Shown one piece after another: positions 46,603 to 56,121 of a stretch of DNA of 64,000 bases. Position 1 is the first letter of the stretch. The number at the start of each line of letters is the position of its first letter. Source of the stretch: a virus. The notes under the pieces are model-generated. The model had not been told where the DNA came from and ran no database searches. It worked only from the letters and a program-made list of their open reading frames with translations. The DNA lies in the IMG/VR virus record IMGVR_UViG_3300032246_001892, positions 1 to 64,000 of that record. One strand, written 5' to 3'. Position numbers and translations under genes: made by a program.

Positions 46603-47691
46603 ATGGAACCAATACACGGTATACATTTGGGGATGGTTGTAAGTGATGTAGCAGATCCAGAAGGAAGAAATAGAGTACAGGTTTATGTTCCTTATTTGAG
46701 TAATACTTTATATACTGGTGTAAATCAAGAATTGAAAGATATGTCTTTCAAGAGTCCAGCAGATCTTAAAAAATTTGGTCTCTGGGATAAACTTAAAAAA
46801 ATACTCCCTTGGGCAGAAGCTGCAGCCCCTTGTTTTGGTGGTTCGAGTGGTATGTTTAATTCTTCGACTGGTGCTGGAGCAGTTAATAGCGGATCTACGT
46901 TTAATGATGGTGGTAATGATGTTGACGTCACTAAAGAATTTCCTAGTAGTACTGCTAATATGGATCCATTAGGAAATACACAAACAGAATCAAAAAATGA
47001 ATATTTTAGCAGTTCTTTTATAAATTTTGTAAAGGCTAAGGAAGGTTTTAGTGCTAAAGCTTATGGAGATAATACTCAAACTTCAATAGGTTATGGTACA
47101 AGAGCTACGAGCCCCAATGAAGTTATAACAGAATCTGAAGCCGAAGCAAGGTTGGTCGCAGAATTATCTCAATCAGCATCAGAAACTGATCGAAGATTAT
47201 CTTCAAAGAATATACAATTAAACCAATATCAAAAAGAAGCTTTATATTCTTATACCTATAATAGAGGAGCTGGTGGATTAGATCAACTTTTGAATAATTC
47301 TGGATCATCATGGGAGAGTATTTCTGCTAATATGCCTGTGTATTGGGGGAGTTATACACCTGCTCAGAGCGGATTAATAAATCGTAGAAATGACGAAGTT
47401 CAATATGCCAATAGTGGTGGCACATCTTTTAGTTCGCCAACCCAAACATCTTCAACCAAATTAGTAAGAATAGCAGATCGCTCTGCCGCTGATATTCAGG
47501 CTACTAATATAGGTACTCCTGGATCACCTTCTGGAGTATTTTCAACACCGTTACCTGGAGATAAAGTGTGGGTATTTTTCTTGGGCGGAGATATTCAAAG
47601 ACCAGTTTACTTTGCTAAAGCAATTGAACCTGCTGATGCTTATGCTATGGCGGGTGAACCTCCTACTGGTGTTAACACCACTATTGCCTAA
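46603..47691 (+). CDS. gp5-like baseplate spike N-terminal (OB-fold) protein with inserted lysozyme domain
   Basis: GMVV..DPEGRNRVQV..LPWA ... P.PGDKVWVFFLGGD..PVYF flanking KEGF..AY.D..SIGYG..YN.G..GLINRR.DE. Confidence 0.8.
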   Translation: MEPIHGIHLGMVVSDVADPEGRNRVQVYVPYLSNTLYTGVNQELKDMSFKSPADLKKFGLWDKLKKILPWAEAAAPCFGGSSGMFNSSTGAGAVNSGSTFNDGGNDVDVTKEFPSSTANMDPLGNTQTESKNEYFSSSFINFVKAKEGFSAKAYGDNTQTSIGYGTRATSPNEVITESEAEARLVAELSQSASETDRRLSSKNIQLNQYQKEALYSYTYNRGAGGLDQLLNNSGSSWESISANMPVYWGSYTPAQSGLINRRNDEVQYANSGGTSFSSPTQTSSTKLVRIADRSAADIQATNIGTPGSPSGVFSTPLPGDKVWVFFLGGDIQRPVYFAKAIEPADAYAMAGEPPTGVNTTIA

Positions 47692-47698
47692 ATAAAAT

Positions 47699-49744
47699 AT
47701 GCCCGATCCGCTTCAAATTTCAAAAAACCAAGAAACCACAACGAATTCTATTAATTCTCGTTATAGTGGTATACAAATGGTTGACAGTAAAGTGGTCGAT
47801 CCTAATGGTTCTCAAACCACAGATGATAGATCTTTTATTACTGGTCAGAATTCTTGGGGAACTCTTTGGAAGATGGTTAAAGGTAATTTCTTGGTAAGAG
47901 CCTATAATAATATATCTCTTAATGCCAGTGGTGATGTTCATGTAACCGGTCACAATAAACAAGAAACTTTAACCGGAGATAAAGGTATATACGTAAAAGG
48001 TAAAACCCAAAATCTCTCTGGAGAACAAGAAGATTCACATAAAGAGGCTTTATCAGAATATCAAACAGTTGTAAATGAAATTACAAAAAATTCTCATGAT
48101 GCAATGCATAATACACAAGCAGAAAGAGTTGCTTGTCCTATTTGTGCACAAAAACATTTAGTAGATGATAAGAGTGATAATTGGGCAACCATTTTTGATT
48201 ATCTTAATAAAATTTGTCCAGGTTATCTTGCAGGTCCTTTTCAAGCATTTAGGACTGTAATGAATAAGGTATATATACCTTTCTTAAGTCAAAAAAATAC
48301 CATAGGCATGAATAGTGGTGAAGGATGTGGACCGGGTTGTGAAAATGGTATGCGTGAAGGATTATCTAATAAATTCCAAGCAAGTCAGAAGGCTGTTGAG
48401 AAAGGGTTTAAAGATAATGAAGATAAATTAAATAAAATATCAGAAAAATTAGGCAATCCTAGTCCTGTAGTACAAGGTCATAAAGACAATGAAGTACAAA
48501 TATATGGTCTTCCTGGGTCTGGTCAAGAAGTGAGTCCTTATGTACAAGTTAAAGGACAGTATAATACGATTCCTACACACTTCCTTGTTTCGCCTACTCA
48601 AAAGAATTCCTTAATTACAAAAACAAAAGGATCTTGCCCTAAGATTATATTTGTTCCTCCTACACAAATACCTACAGGGGCGTTGATGTTTAATATTCAA
48701 AACAAATTTGATATTATTACTGGGGTAGGTGGCACTAATATTATTTCAACAGGGGAGATAGCTTTGAAAGGAGGATCAGCTCATATTAATGGATCCCAAG
48801 GAGAAGCATCTATTACTTCTAACAATCTCACAACCATTGGAGGTAAAAATGTATTAATAACGGCAGATGATAGATCCGGAGATACTGGAGTCATGATACA
48901 ATCAAAGCATACCTTTGTAGGAGGATCTTTAAATGTTACTGGTGATGTGGCACTTAAAGGCCATTTAACTACAGACGGTGCTCTTTCAGTTCCTTATATT
49001 ATAGCACCTACACAAAGTGCAGAAACCACTTTAGCAGCTTCTTCTAAATACGCAACAGAGGGAGCTAATTGGGTTGGGGTTGGATTGGGTTTAAATACTA
49101 CAAATTTTGTAAAAGATTTAGCAACTCAGTTTTTATTAAGACCTAGTTTTGCAATGACCGTGGATGGTATAACTAAAATAACCATGGAAACTTTTAATTT
49201 AATTATGATGGCTAGAACATTAGAATGGCCAGTACCAACCGGCATATTCTGGGGAGTTGGTGCAGGTTTCGGTGTTGTCGAAGTGCAAGGATTTGTTTGG
49301 AACTTTACACATAATCATACATTAGCCGGAAATAGTCACACTCATCAATTTGATCAGGTAAAGGGTAGCTATTATAAAACATTACAAGGTTGGGGTGGAC
49401 AGAGAACTGCTGGTAGTCCAGCACCAACACCAGCACCGACACATGGAGATTATCCTTCACCAGGCCCTAATGCTAAGGGAGGTGGTTGTGGCGGTGGTGG
49501 TTTATATACCAAGGCACGTAACACGAAATATAATCTCGGGGATGGTGATCCTTTCAATGGTGGTAATTATGTGCCAGTTACTATTAATAGAAATCCGGAC
49601 GGTTCTTTAAACCCATCACCGTATTTTTCATGGACCGATACATACCCAGCACCTAAAATAACTCCTGGAGGTACAGATCCAAATACTGGAAATATTATCC
49701 CAATTACAGACACTACAATACCCAGTGTTTCAGCTAATTGTTAA
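47699..49744 (+). CDS. gp5 C-terminal-like beta-helix spike protein
   Basis: Alternating Gly/hydrophobic beta repeats; HNH..HTH near the C-terminus; follows the OB-fold gene. Confidence 0.6.
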   Translation: MPDPLQISKNQETTTNSINSRYSGIQMVDSKVVDPNGSQTTDDRSFITGQNSWGTLWKMVKGNFLVRAYNNISLNASGDVHVTGHNKQETLTGDKGIYVKGKTQNLSGEQEDSHKEALSEYQTVVNEITKNSHDAMHNTQAERVACPICAQKHLVDDKSDNWATIFDYLNKICPGYLAGPFQAFRTVMNKVYIPFLSQKNTIGMNSGEGCGPGCENGMREGLSNKFQASQKAVEKGFKDNEDKLNKISEKLGNPSPVVQGHKDNEVQIYGLPGSGQEVSPYVQVKGQYNTIPTHFLVSPTQKNSLITKTKGSCPKIIFVPPTQIPTGALMFNIQNKFDIITGVGGTNIISTGEIALKGGSAHINGSQGEASITSNNLTTIGGKNVLITADDRSGDTGVMIQSKHTFVGGSLNVTGDVALKGHLTTDGALSVPYIIAPTQSAETTLAASSKYATEGANWVGVGLGLNTTNFVKDLATQFLLRPSFAMTVDGITKITMETFNLIMMARTLEWPVPTGIFWGVGAGFGVVEVQGFVWNFTHNHTLAGNSHTHQFDQVKGSYYKTLQGWGGQRTAGSPAPTPAPTHGDYPSPGPNAKGGGCGGGGLYTKARNTKYNLGDGDPFNGGNYVPVTINRNPDGSLNPSPYFSWTDTYPAPKITPGGTDPNTGNIIPITDTTIPSVSANC

Positions 49745-50460
49745 AGCTTGGTGTAATCAGGAAGAGGAGCTCCCATCATTTCAATAATGGTTGGGAGGTC
49801 TGCTTCACTTTCACCTGGAGTCGTTCCTAATCTTGTATAAGGAGTAACTCCTAATTGAGATGCGATATAATTCATTTGATCGTAGTAGTAACGATAATAT
49901 CTATTGCTTTGACCACTTTTTGTCAATTTAATGTACATCACCTTAATAAGTGACATATCTACTAAAGAAATAGTCCATCCTTTTATCACTTCTCTTTGAA
50001 GAAATGCTACAAAATTATTAACATGGTTTTGTAAGGTGACTGCTGATAAATTTTGGATGAATGTAATAATTTCTTGTGGTTGTATTACATTTAAATTGAC
50101 ATTAGATGAACAGTTTGTGGTGGTTTTAACAATAGGGTTTCCGTCGGTGTCACAAATATATTCGTTTATAATTTGACACCCACCAGCTGCTGCTACTTCC
50201 TCGTACAACTGTATTCTGGGAATAAATTCTGCATAAACTGCTGACAATACAATACCCAAAGACAATCTACCATCACCTACATCCATGAAGTCCAAAGGAT
50301 TTACGCCTAAATCATTGTTATCAACCTCGTTGTTTCTAATCCAAGGATCATACGAACCATCCCCTCCAAGTGCGTCCTGAGATAAATCCGTAAAAAACGC
50401 CTGACTATTAAAATTTAATGGATTGGATGTTAGATAAGGAAAACTAGTGGATAACGACAT
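49741..50460 (-). CDS. Hypothetical protein
   Basis: 239-aa ORF. Confidence 0.7.
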   Translation of the reverse strand: MSLSTSFPYLTSNPLNFNSQAFFTDLSQDALGGDGSYDPWIRNNEVDNNDLGVNPLDFMDVGDGRLSLGIVLSAVYAEFIPRIQLYEEVAAAGGCQIINEYICDTDGNPIVKTTTNCSSNVNLNVIQPQEIITFIQNLSAVTLQNHVNNFVAFLQREVIKGWTISLVDMSLIKVMYIKLTKSGQSNRYYRYYYDQMNYIASQLGVTPYTRLGTTPGESEADLPTIIEMMGAPLPDYTKL

Positions 50461-50468
50461 ATATCTAA

Positions 50469-50873
50469 TTAGTCTAAAAAGTTATTTTGCTGTTGCTGTT
50501 GTATAAAGATAGTTTTTAAGAACTCTAATATTGCGTCCTTGTCTTTTGGAGACTTGTAATGTTGTACTACAACTCTCTCACCATCGGTATTATATCCAAA
50601 TAACATAAATGTATCTAGATATTCTGTAATAACATTTCTTAAGACTGTTAAGTCTCTTATTGCTATTTTAGTTTCAAATTCTGATTCTTTGGACCACTTG
50701 TCAAGACCTTTCTGCAACTCAGCGTTATTAATAGCATTAAACAGATTATTTTTAATTTCATCCAGAGATTTGGGGTTTTTATGTGTTTGCAGAGAGGCAG
50801 AAAGAGAAGGAACTACTGTTAAAGATAGTTCCTTCTTTTTTGTTTTTTTAGGCCTTTTTTTAGGCTCCGGCAT
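50469..50873 (-). CDS. Hypothetical protein (start MPEPKK at 50873)
   Basis: ORF in a minus-strand run. Confidence 0.7.
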   Translation of the reverse strand: MPEPKKRPKKTKKKELSLTVVPSLSASLQTHKNPKSLDEIKNNLFNAINNAELQKGLDKWSKESEFETKIAIRDLTVLRNVITEYLDTFMLFGYNTDGERVVVQHYKSPKDKDAILEFLKTIFIQQQQQNNFLD

Positions 50874-51183
50874 AGGTCGAAGCCTTATTATTGATACCAA
50901 ATTTCACCAGGTATTCAACAATGACTTCAATTGAGCTGGTCCTAATCTTGAAATGATCTGGAATAAACTGACCTCCATCATGCATTTCAAAATACTCTTC
51001 ACCAATATCATTATGATTATTAAAACAAGTAATGAAGATGGTTGCTACTTGTGGATCTACAATAACCGTCCAAGAACGAGGATCCTGGAAACCATAGTCG
51101 CTAAAAAGCTTATCGGCTACGTATCCACTATCTCTCAGTCGCTTGATAAAGTAACTGCATGTTGTTATTTTGTTCTTTGCCAT
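50860..51183 (-). CDS. Hypothetical protein
   Basis: MAKNKITTCSYFIKRLRDSGY ORF. Confidence 0.75.
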   Translation of the reverse strand: MAKNKITTCSYFIKRLRDSGYVADKLFSDYGFQDPRSWTVIVDPQVATIFITCFNNHNDIGEEYFEMHDGGQFIPDHFKIRTSSIEVIVEYLVKFGINNKASTYAGA

Positions 51184-51206
51184 ATATTTTATTTAATTAG
51201 TTGTGT

Positions 51207-51962
51207 TTATTTTACTAGAGCTGAAACAATATATTTCAACTCAACTTCATCATCTTCTTTATTTTGAAAGATGAAAACTTTATACTGATTATTAATTTTT
51301 ACTTTAATATCAGTTTTGCACGAAGCAAGATTTTTAAAGATCTCTACGTTTACAGGAAGAGCTTCTGAGATATCTGAACCAATAAATGAATCTGATATAA
51401 CTAACGTCATATTATCAACATTCTGTAATGTTCGGTCATTGATCTCTGCATATACCTTTCCTTCTTTGGTAAAGAAGTAGATCTTAGTAAGATCTGAAGC
51501 AAACGCATAACCTGCCATGATCTGTTTGATTTTACTTGTGCTTAAAACAAATTCTGTATCAAACTTAATCTGTGAAAATTTATTAAGATTTACAGGTGTT
51601 TCTCTAATAACACTGTCATCAACTAAATGGTATTTGAAGAAAGTCTTTTCATTATCTGGAGACTTAACTTCACACTTAATACTATTGATATTGTACTCTA
51701 TAGAGAACTCTCCATCATCTCCTAGACATTCCAGTCCAGATAGTAATTTCTTTATACTAATGAGATTTAGTCTTACTGCTTCATTCAAAGTGAATGGAAG
51801 CGTAGTTTTAGCGTAAAGAATCACGGTATTATCCGGAGACGAACAGACAGAATACAAATCATTCTTGTCTGCTTTTAACACACAACTCTCAGTAAGCCTA
51901 TTTACAGGCTTGAGTAACTTCTCTAAGAAGCTCTTAGGAAGCGGTATATGAATGGCTGACAC
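51207..51962 (-). CDS. DNA sliding clamp-like protein (gp45/PCNA-like)
   Basis: ~250 aa, two-domain alpha/beta pattern, in the replication block. Confidence 0.55.
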   Translation of the reverse strand: MSAIHIPLPKSFLEKLLKPVNRLTESCVLKADKNDLYSVCSSPDNTVILYAKTTLPFTLNEAVRLNLISIKKLLSGLECLGDDGEFSIEYNINSIKCEVKSPDNEKTFFKYHLVDDSVIRETPVNLNKFSQIKFDTEFVLSTSKIKQIMAGYAFASDLTKIYFFTKEGKVYAEINDRTLQNVDNMTLVISDSFIGSDISEALPVNVEIFKNLASCKTDIKVKINNQYKVFIFQNKEDDEVELKYIVSALVK

Positions 51963-51975
51963 TTAAATTAATAGG

Positions 51976-52461
51976 TTAATTGGTTTTATTTTTTTCATTA
52001 AAGGTATTAAATACCTTGCCGAGCATTCCGGCCATCTTAGTTAGAGTAGCATTCATCCTTTCTAACTGAGATCTAATTGCTTGAATATCTTCATTGGTAG
52101 CTGCTACAGTCGGTTGAGGAGCTGCATTCTGTACTAATGGAGTTACGTTGGGTTGATTCGGTAATGATACTGGAGGAGGCATTGGAATCATCTGAGCTCC
52201 AATGGATGTATCAGGTACTTGCTCTAAGGCTAGCCTCTCTACATCTTCATAAGCCTTTAACATAGCCGGTGACACTCCTGTGGTCACCGGCTGGTTAAAG
52301 TTGGCTGGTTGGCCTACAATAGAAGCAACAAACTTATTCATGTCGATTTTATTAGCAGGGTTATTACTTCTCTCCATAGTCATATTATCTACTCCGTGAA
52401 GATGGGTTCCTACCATTCTGGCTAACATAGCCGCTTCGTATGCTTGTTGCTTCTGGTCCAT
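51976..52461 (-). CDS. Hypothetical protein
   Basis: Pro/Gln-rich with a C-terminal coiled coil. Confidence 0.7.
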   Translation of the reverse strand: MDQKQQAYEAAMLARMVGTHLHGVDNMTMERSNNPANKIDMNKFVASIVGQPANFNQPVTTGVSPAMLKAYEDVERLALEQVPDTSIGAQMIPMPPPVSLPNQPNVTPLVQNAAPQPTVAATNEDIQAIRSQLERMNATLTKMAGMLGKVFNTFNEKNKTN

Positions 52462-52465
52462 ATTT

Positions 52466-53311
52466 TTACCTCAGGTCTCTACCTGCGTTGATTACACTGA
52501 CTGCAATAGAGGAATGGATACTCTCGAAGTGATTAACAATTACGAGGTAATCATTAATACGACCATCAAGATCAGTATCTAACTCTACTGCAACCTTACG
52601 GACCATATCTTCGACGAAGACTGGATTCTCATACATAAGCTCTGTCTGATAAGCCTCATCAACACGCTTAAGGGCGTTAACGATAGGTGCTGAGCAACTA
52701 CGCTCAACTGCACCAATAAGCTCCTCAAACCAATATACATCCTTACCGTCAACACCTGTGTGGTTGAGTTCAACGGTAACGTCTGCATAAGACTGCTGAT
52801 TATGAGCTCCATAATCACTGATCTCCTTAGAGCAGGGGCAGAGGGAAGCGTAAAGAACATTAGCGTGGAGATAGAACTTCTTCTCTCCGTTAATGAGTCT
52901 ACCCTCAAATGAACCTTGATAATCCATATGAGACTTGACCTTAGAGACTGGTGCCTCCTTGATCATGAAGTAATCAAACTTGATCTTAATGTAAGCGTTC
53001 TGAGACTTCAGACGATTCTTACACTCATCAAGGAGAAGATCCATAACCTGATCAATACGATGGGTCTTGTTAGCAAGAACCTCTTCAACCAGGATACGAT
53101 AGCGACTCATGTTTGTACCCTTAACCTCTGGAGTGAGATCGGTATACATACTAATGATTGCTTTAGTAGGGTTAATGGTTCCATCTTGTCTAATAATTTC
53201 CATAGGAACTACGATATTCCTAGAACCAACTTTAGGAATATACTTCTTAGGGAAACCATCCAGCGTATTTTGAATGTCTGGAATGTCGTCGTTTGTTTTT
53301 ACTCTTGGCAT
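52466..53311 (-). CDS. folE2: GTP cyclohydrolase I type B (start MPRVK at 53311)
   Basis: PDIQ..KVG, KGTNMSR, SLCPCSKEIS.YGAHNQ, KRVDE..YENP.FVEDMVR, ESIH. Confidence 0.93.
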   Translation of the reverse strand: MPRVKTNDDIPDIQNTLDGFPKKYIPKVGSRNIVVPMEIIRQDGTINPTKAIISMYTDLTPEVKGTNMSRYRILVEEVLANKTHRIDQVMDLLLDECKNRLKSQNAYIKIKFDYFMIKEAPVSKVKSHMDYQGSFEGRLINGEKKFYLHANVLYASLCPCSKEISDYGAHNQQSYADVTVELNHTGVDGKDVYWFEELIGAVERSCSAPIVNALKRVDEAYQTELMYENPVFVEDMVRKVAVELDTDLDGRINDYLVIVNHFESIHSSIAVSVINAGRDLR

Positions 53312-53339
53312 ATATTTGTTTGTTTGTTGTTTAATTGAA

Positions 53340-54206
53340 TTAAAGATCCTTGAGAATATCTTGGATACGGTCATTTTGATCTGAAAGAACATCGTTATTA
53401 TCATCTACAACTGTAGAAGATGCAACCGACTTTGTTGTAGTAGGAACAATATATTCCTCTTCAACTTCTAATACAGAAGCTACAGAAGCTGCTGGTGCTT
53501 CTTCCTCACCAAGGAAGTGAACCTTAAGCATCTTGTTAATGTCTTCTGTAGTCTTATGCTCAAAGATAGAATCAAGAGGCTTGAAAGACTTATAAATCTC
53601 TTCAAGATCCGTTGCACCTTCAAGAGGAGAAGCAGAAATGAACTTGGAAGAAACATATGTAGGATATCCACCCTCATTTGCCTCTACCTTGATACGGAGA
53701 TTACAACCCTTCTCTGAGAGATCAAAGATCCTAGATCCGAATTCATCTGCATCATCACCGCTAATAGCATCTGTAATGACTTTATTAAGCTGCTTACCAA
53801 AACGAAGAATCTTGGTCTGACCCTGATTGTCAGGGTTAGTTGGATCCTTAATAACGTAAACATTGGCTAACCAATTTTCATTACGCTTGATTGGAGCAAT
53901 GCGCTTAATCTCACCCTCATTATTGGTACGATAAATCTTGGAGCGATACTCATCAATAGGGCAACGTTCGCCATATGTCGTAGGACACAAGACTGAAACA
54001 AGTTGATTAGTGACAACACTCTTCCAGAGATGATGGAAGTAGTGAAAGAGCGTACGCTCTGGTGCTTCAATGTTAGGAATCAGGCGTACCAAATAGGTAT
54101 TACCAATCTCCAGTTTCATAAAGTCTCTGAATCCGCTCTCTGCGGTAGAAGACTTCTTATTAAGAGCCTCTTTAATAGACTCGAATAGGTTGTTGTTGTA
54201 TTTCAT
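53340..54206 (-). CDS. ssDNA-binding protein (T4 gp32-like)
   Basis: VRLIP..H..CP...GE.CPI..NVYVIKDP.NPDNQG..FGK..FDL..G.N; acidic C-terminus. Confidence 0.88.
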   Translation of the reverse strand: MKYNNNLFESIKEALNKKSSTAESGFRDFMKLEIGNTYLVRLIPNIEAPERTLFHYFHHLWKSVVTNQLVSVLCPTTYGERCPIDEYRSKIYRTNNEGEIKRIAPIKRNENWLANVYVIKDPTNPDNQGQTKILRFGKQLNKVITDAISGDDADEFGSRIFDLSEKGCNLRIKVEANEGGYPTYVSSKFISASPLEGATDLEEIYKSFKPLDSIFEHKTTEDINKMLKVHFLGEEEAPAASVASVLEVEEEYIVPTTTKSVASSTVVDDNNDVLSDQNDRIQDILKDL

Positions 54207-54243
54207 ATGTTGTTTGTTTTGTTTTTGTTTGTTTAATATTATA

Positions 54244-54900
54244 TTAAGATGAAACCCTTTTCAACTCTTCTATAATAAAATTCTTAATTTTGTTTGTAGC
54301 CTCTTTAGTAAAGGCTTTTGTTTTTGGTGAATTGTGATATCTGGTTTTGTAAGCATTTAAATTATCTGTTAAATTAGGAGCCCATAAAGCCTGTTCATCT
54401 TCGCTTAAATTATAAACACTAGATAGATCACCAAGCTCCATTATACTATAAGGACTTATATTATGCTCCCTATAATGTTGAGTCCAAGCTGGCATTCTAC
54501 CAATTTTAAAATTTAAGTATTGATTCAGAGTTATTTTATTCCTGAGACAGAAAAGAGCAACGAAGCGTAAACTATCTTTAATCTTGTCTAATTGTTTATC
54601 CGGAGACTGACTCTCTAATTGTTGTTGATAGAGGCTATAAGTTCTAATTGCTGCACGAGTGATGAAAAATTTAAGTGGAGGGCACTTTTCATCTGGGTGT
54701 AATCCACGAGGAGCACCGAAGAATTCATCCCATTTAATATGAGAAAATTTAGCAAAGAAATTACTCAGTCTCTTGAGCAAGACTACATTTTCAGGAGTAA
54801 TATCTGAAAAATCTTTTCTAGGTTGATAAGGCAACCCATTACGGAAATGTTTAAGAAAGCAATTATATATATCTTGCTCTACTTTATTCAATTGATTCAA
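54244..54900 (-). CDS. Hypothetical replication-region protein
   Basis: 218-aa ORF upstream of the SSB gene. Confidence 0.7.
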   Translation of the reverse strand: MNQLNKVEQDIYNCFLKHFRNGLPYQPRKDFSDITPENVVLLKRLSNFFAKFSHIKWDEFFGAPRGLHPDEKCPPLKFFITRAAIRTYSLYQQQLESQSPDKQLDKIKDSLRFVALFCLRNKITLNQYLNFKIGRMPAWTQHYREHNISPYSIMELGDLSSVYNLSEDEQALWAPNLTDNLNAYKTRYHNSPKTKAFTKEATNKIKNFIIEELKRVSS

Positions 54901-55204
54901 TTTGTTTGGATTTTGGCTTGTTTAGTTTTGATCGGAAAATCTTTTTATAAATATTAGGAGTACTTCCTAAATAGGCACGCATAATATTTTGTAAACTATA
55001 GTCTCCGAGTATTTCAAAATATAATTTTTGCGTTCTTTTGTCTTCTATAAGGAATTTAAGAAAATTTAAATAATTGAATTTCTTGCCTCGTGCAATGCAT
55101 ACGAAAGAAGCAAACTTCATAGTAATGTCTTCAAATTCTGAAAGATCAAATACATCTGAAGGGTTTACATTTTCGTCTATCTGTTGTGAAGATGTGATAA
55201 TCAT
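54884..55204 (-). CDS. Hypothetical protein
   Basis: Overlaps both neighbouring ORFs. Confidence 0.7.
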   Translation of the reverse strand: MIITSSQQIDENVNPSDVFDLSEFEDITMKFASFVCIARGKKFNYLNFLKFLIEDKRTQKLYFEILGDYSLQNIMRAYLGSTPNIYKKIFRSKLNKPKSKQIESIE

Positions 55205-56091
55205 AGTGGTTTTAAATTCTTAGTAACTTCCATAAAGAGAGGTGTTATTTTACCTCCAGCGGCATATTCATGGCCACCACCTTCACATAATCTTTCTGCA
55301 AAAGCCCCTACATCAATAGGGTCGGTTTTAGTACATTGTCTTATAGATACCTTTTCGTTTTTGGTATTTATAAAAAAGAAAATATCTGGTGCATATTTTT
55401 GAATTAGAATATCCATTACCTGTGGTACTATTCTTTCAACCATACCTGCATATACTTTCTTCTGCTTTCCTCCTATGGTAAGTTCTCCATAAAAAAGAGG
55501 TATTTTTTCAGCTTCTATTGAAGCTTCTCTCTTTATAAAATCTATGGCTCTCCTTTGTTCAGGAGTTATTTTTTTAAATCCTTTACTATAATCTTTAATA
55601 AATTCTGAGAACTTATTACGATATTGAGACCAAAATAAAATGTTTAAATCGTAAGAATCTGGAATTTGTAATTTATAAGAATCAAAATCATCAGCCAAGG
55701 CTATTAACATTTTTTGTTCTTGTGTTAATTCTGGAGAGGAGTCAGCAAATAATTTCCTTACTAAAAGAGAATTTGAAGAATATTCCTTACACAACACTTT
55801 AGATTTATTAAATCTATTAACAAAATTTAATGATGTTTTGTGATGATCTATAATAGTAATATTACTTTCATTTAAAAAAGGTAAAAATTCTTCTCTTAAA
55901 GCAATATCTAAAACAAAGGTAGTTGGCTTATTATGAGTATTAGAAATATTATCTCTAATTTTATCTACTACTTCTAAATTATTGACCGGAAAATAATGGA
56001 AAGTATCATCAGGTCTTGACCACATTAATGTCAAAAGGCTTACAGCTCCATCTAAATCATTATGAGTAAATACGTGATAGCATTTTGACAT
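55201..56091 (-). CDS. DHH-family phosphoesterase
   Basis: THNDLDG, LDI, IDHH, GGGHEYAAG. Confidence 0.9.
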   Translation of the reverse strand: MSKCYHVFTHNDLDGAVSLLTLMWSRPDDTFHYFPVNNLEVVDKIRDNISNTHNKPTTFVLDIALREEFLPFLNESNITIIDHHKTSLNFVNRFNKSKVLCKEYSSNSLLVRKLFADSSPELTQEQKMLIALADDFDSYKLQIPDSYDLNILFWSQYRNKFSEFIKDYSKGFKKITPEQRRAIDFIKREASIEAEKIPLFYGELTIGGKQKKVYAGMVERIVPQVMDILIQKYAPDIFFFINTKNEKVSIRQCTKTDPIDVGAFAERLCEGGGHEYAAGGKITPLFMEVTKNLKPL

Positions 56092-56121
56092 ATCTACTAT
56101 TTAATATGAGGTTATTAACTT

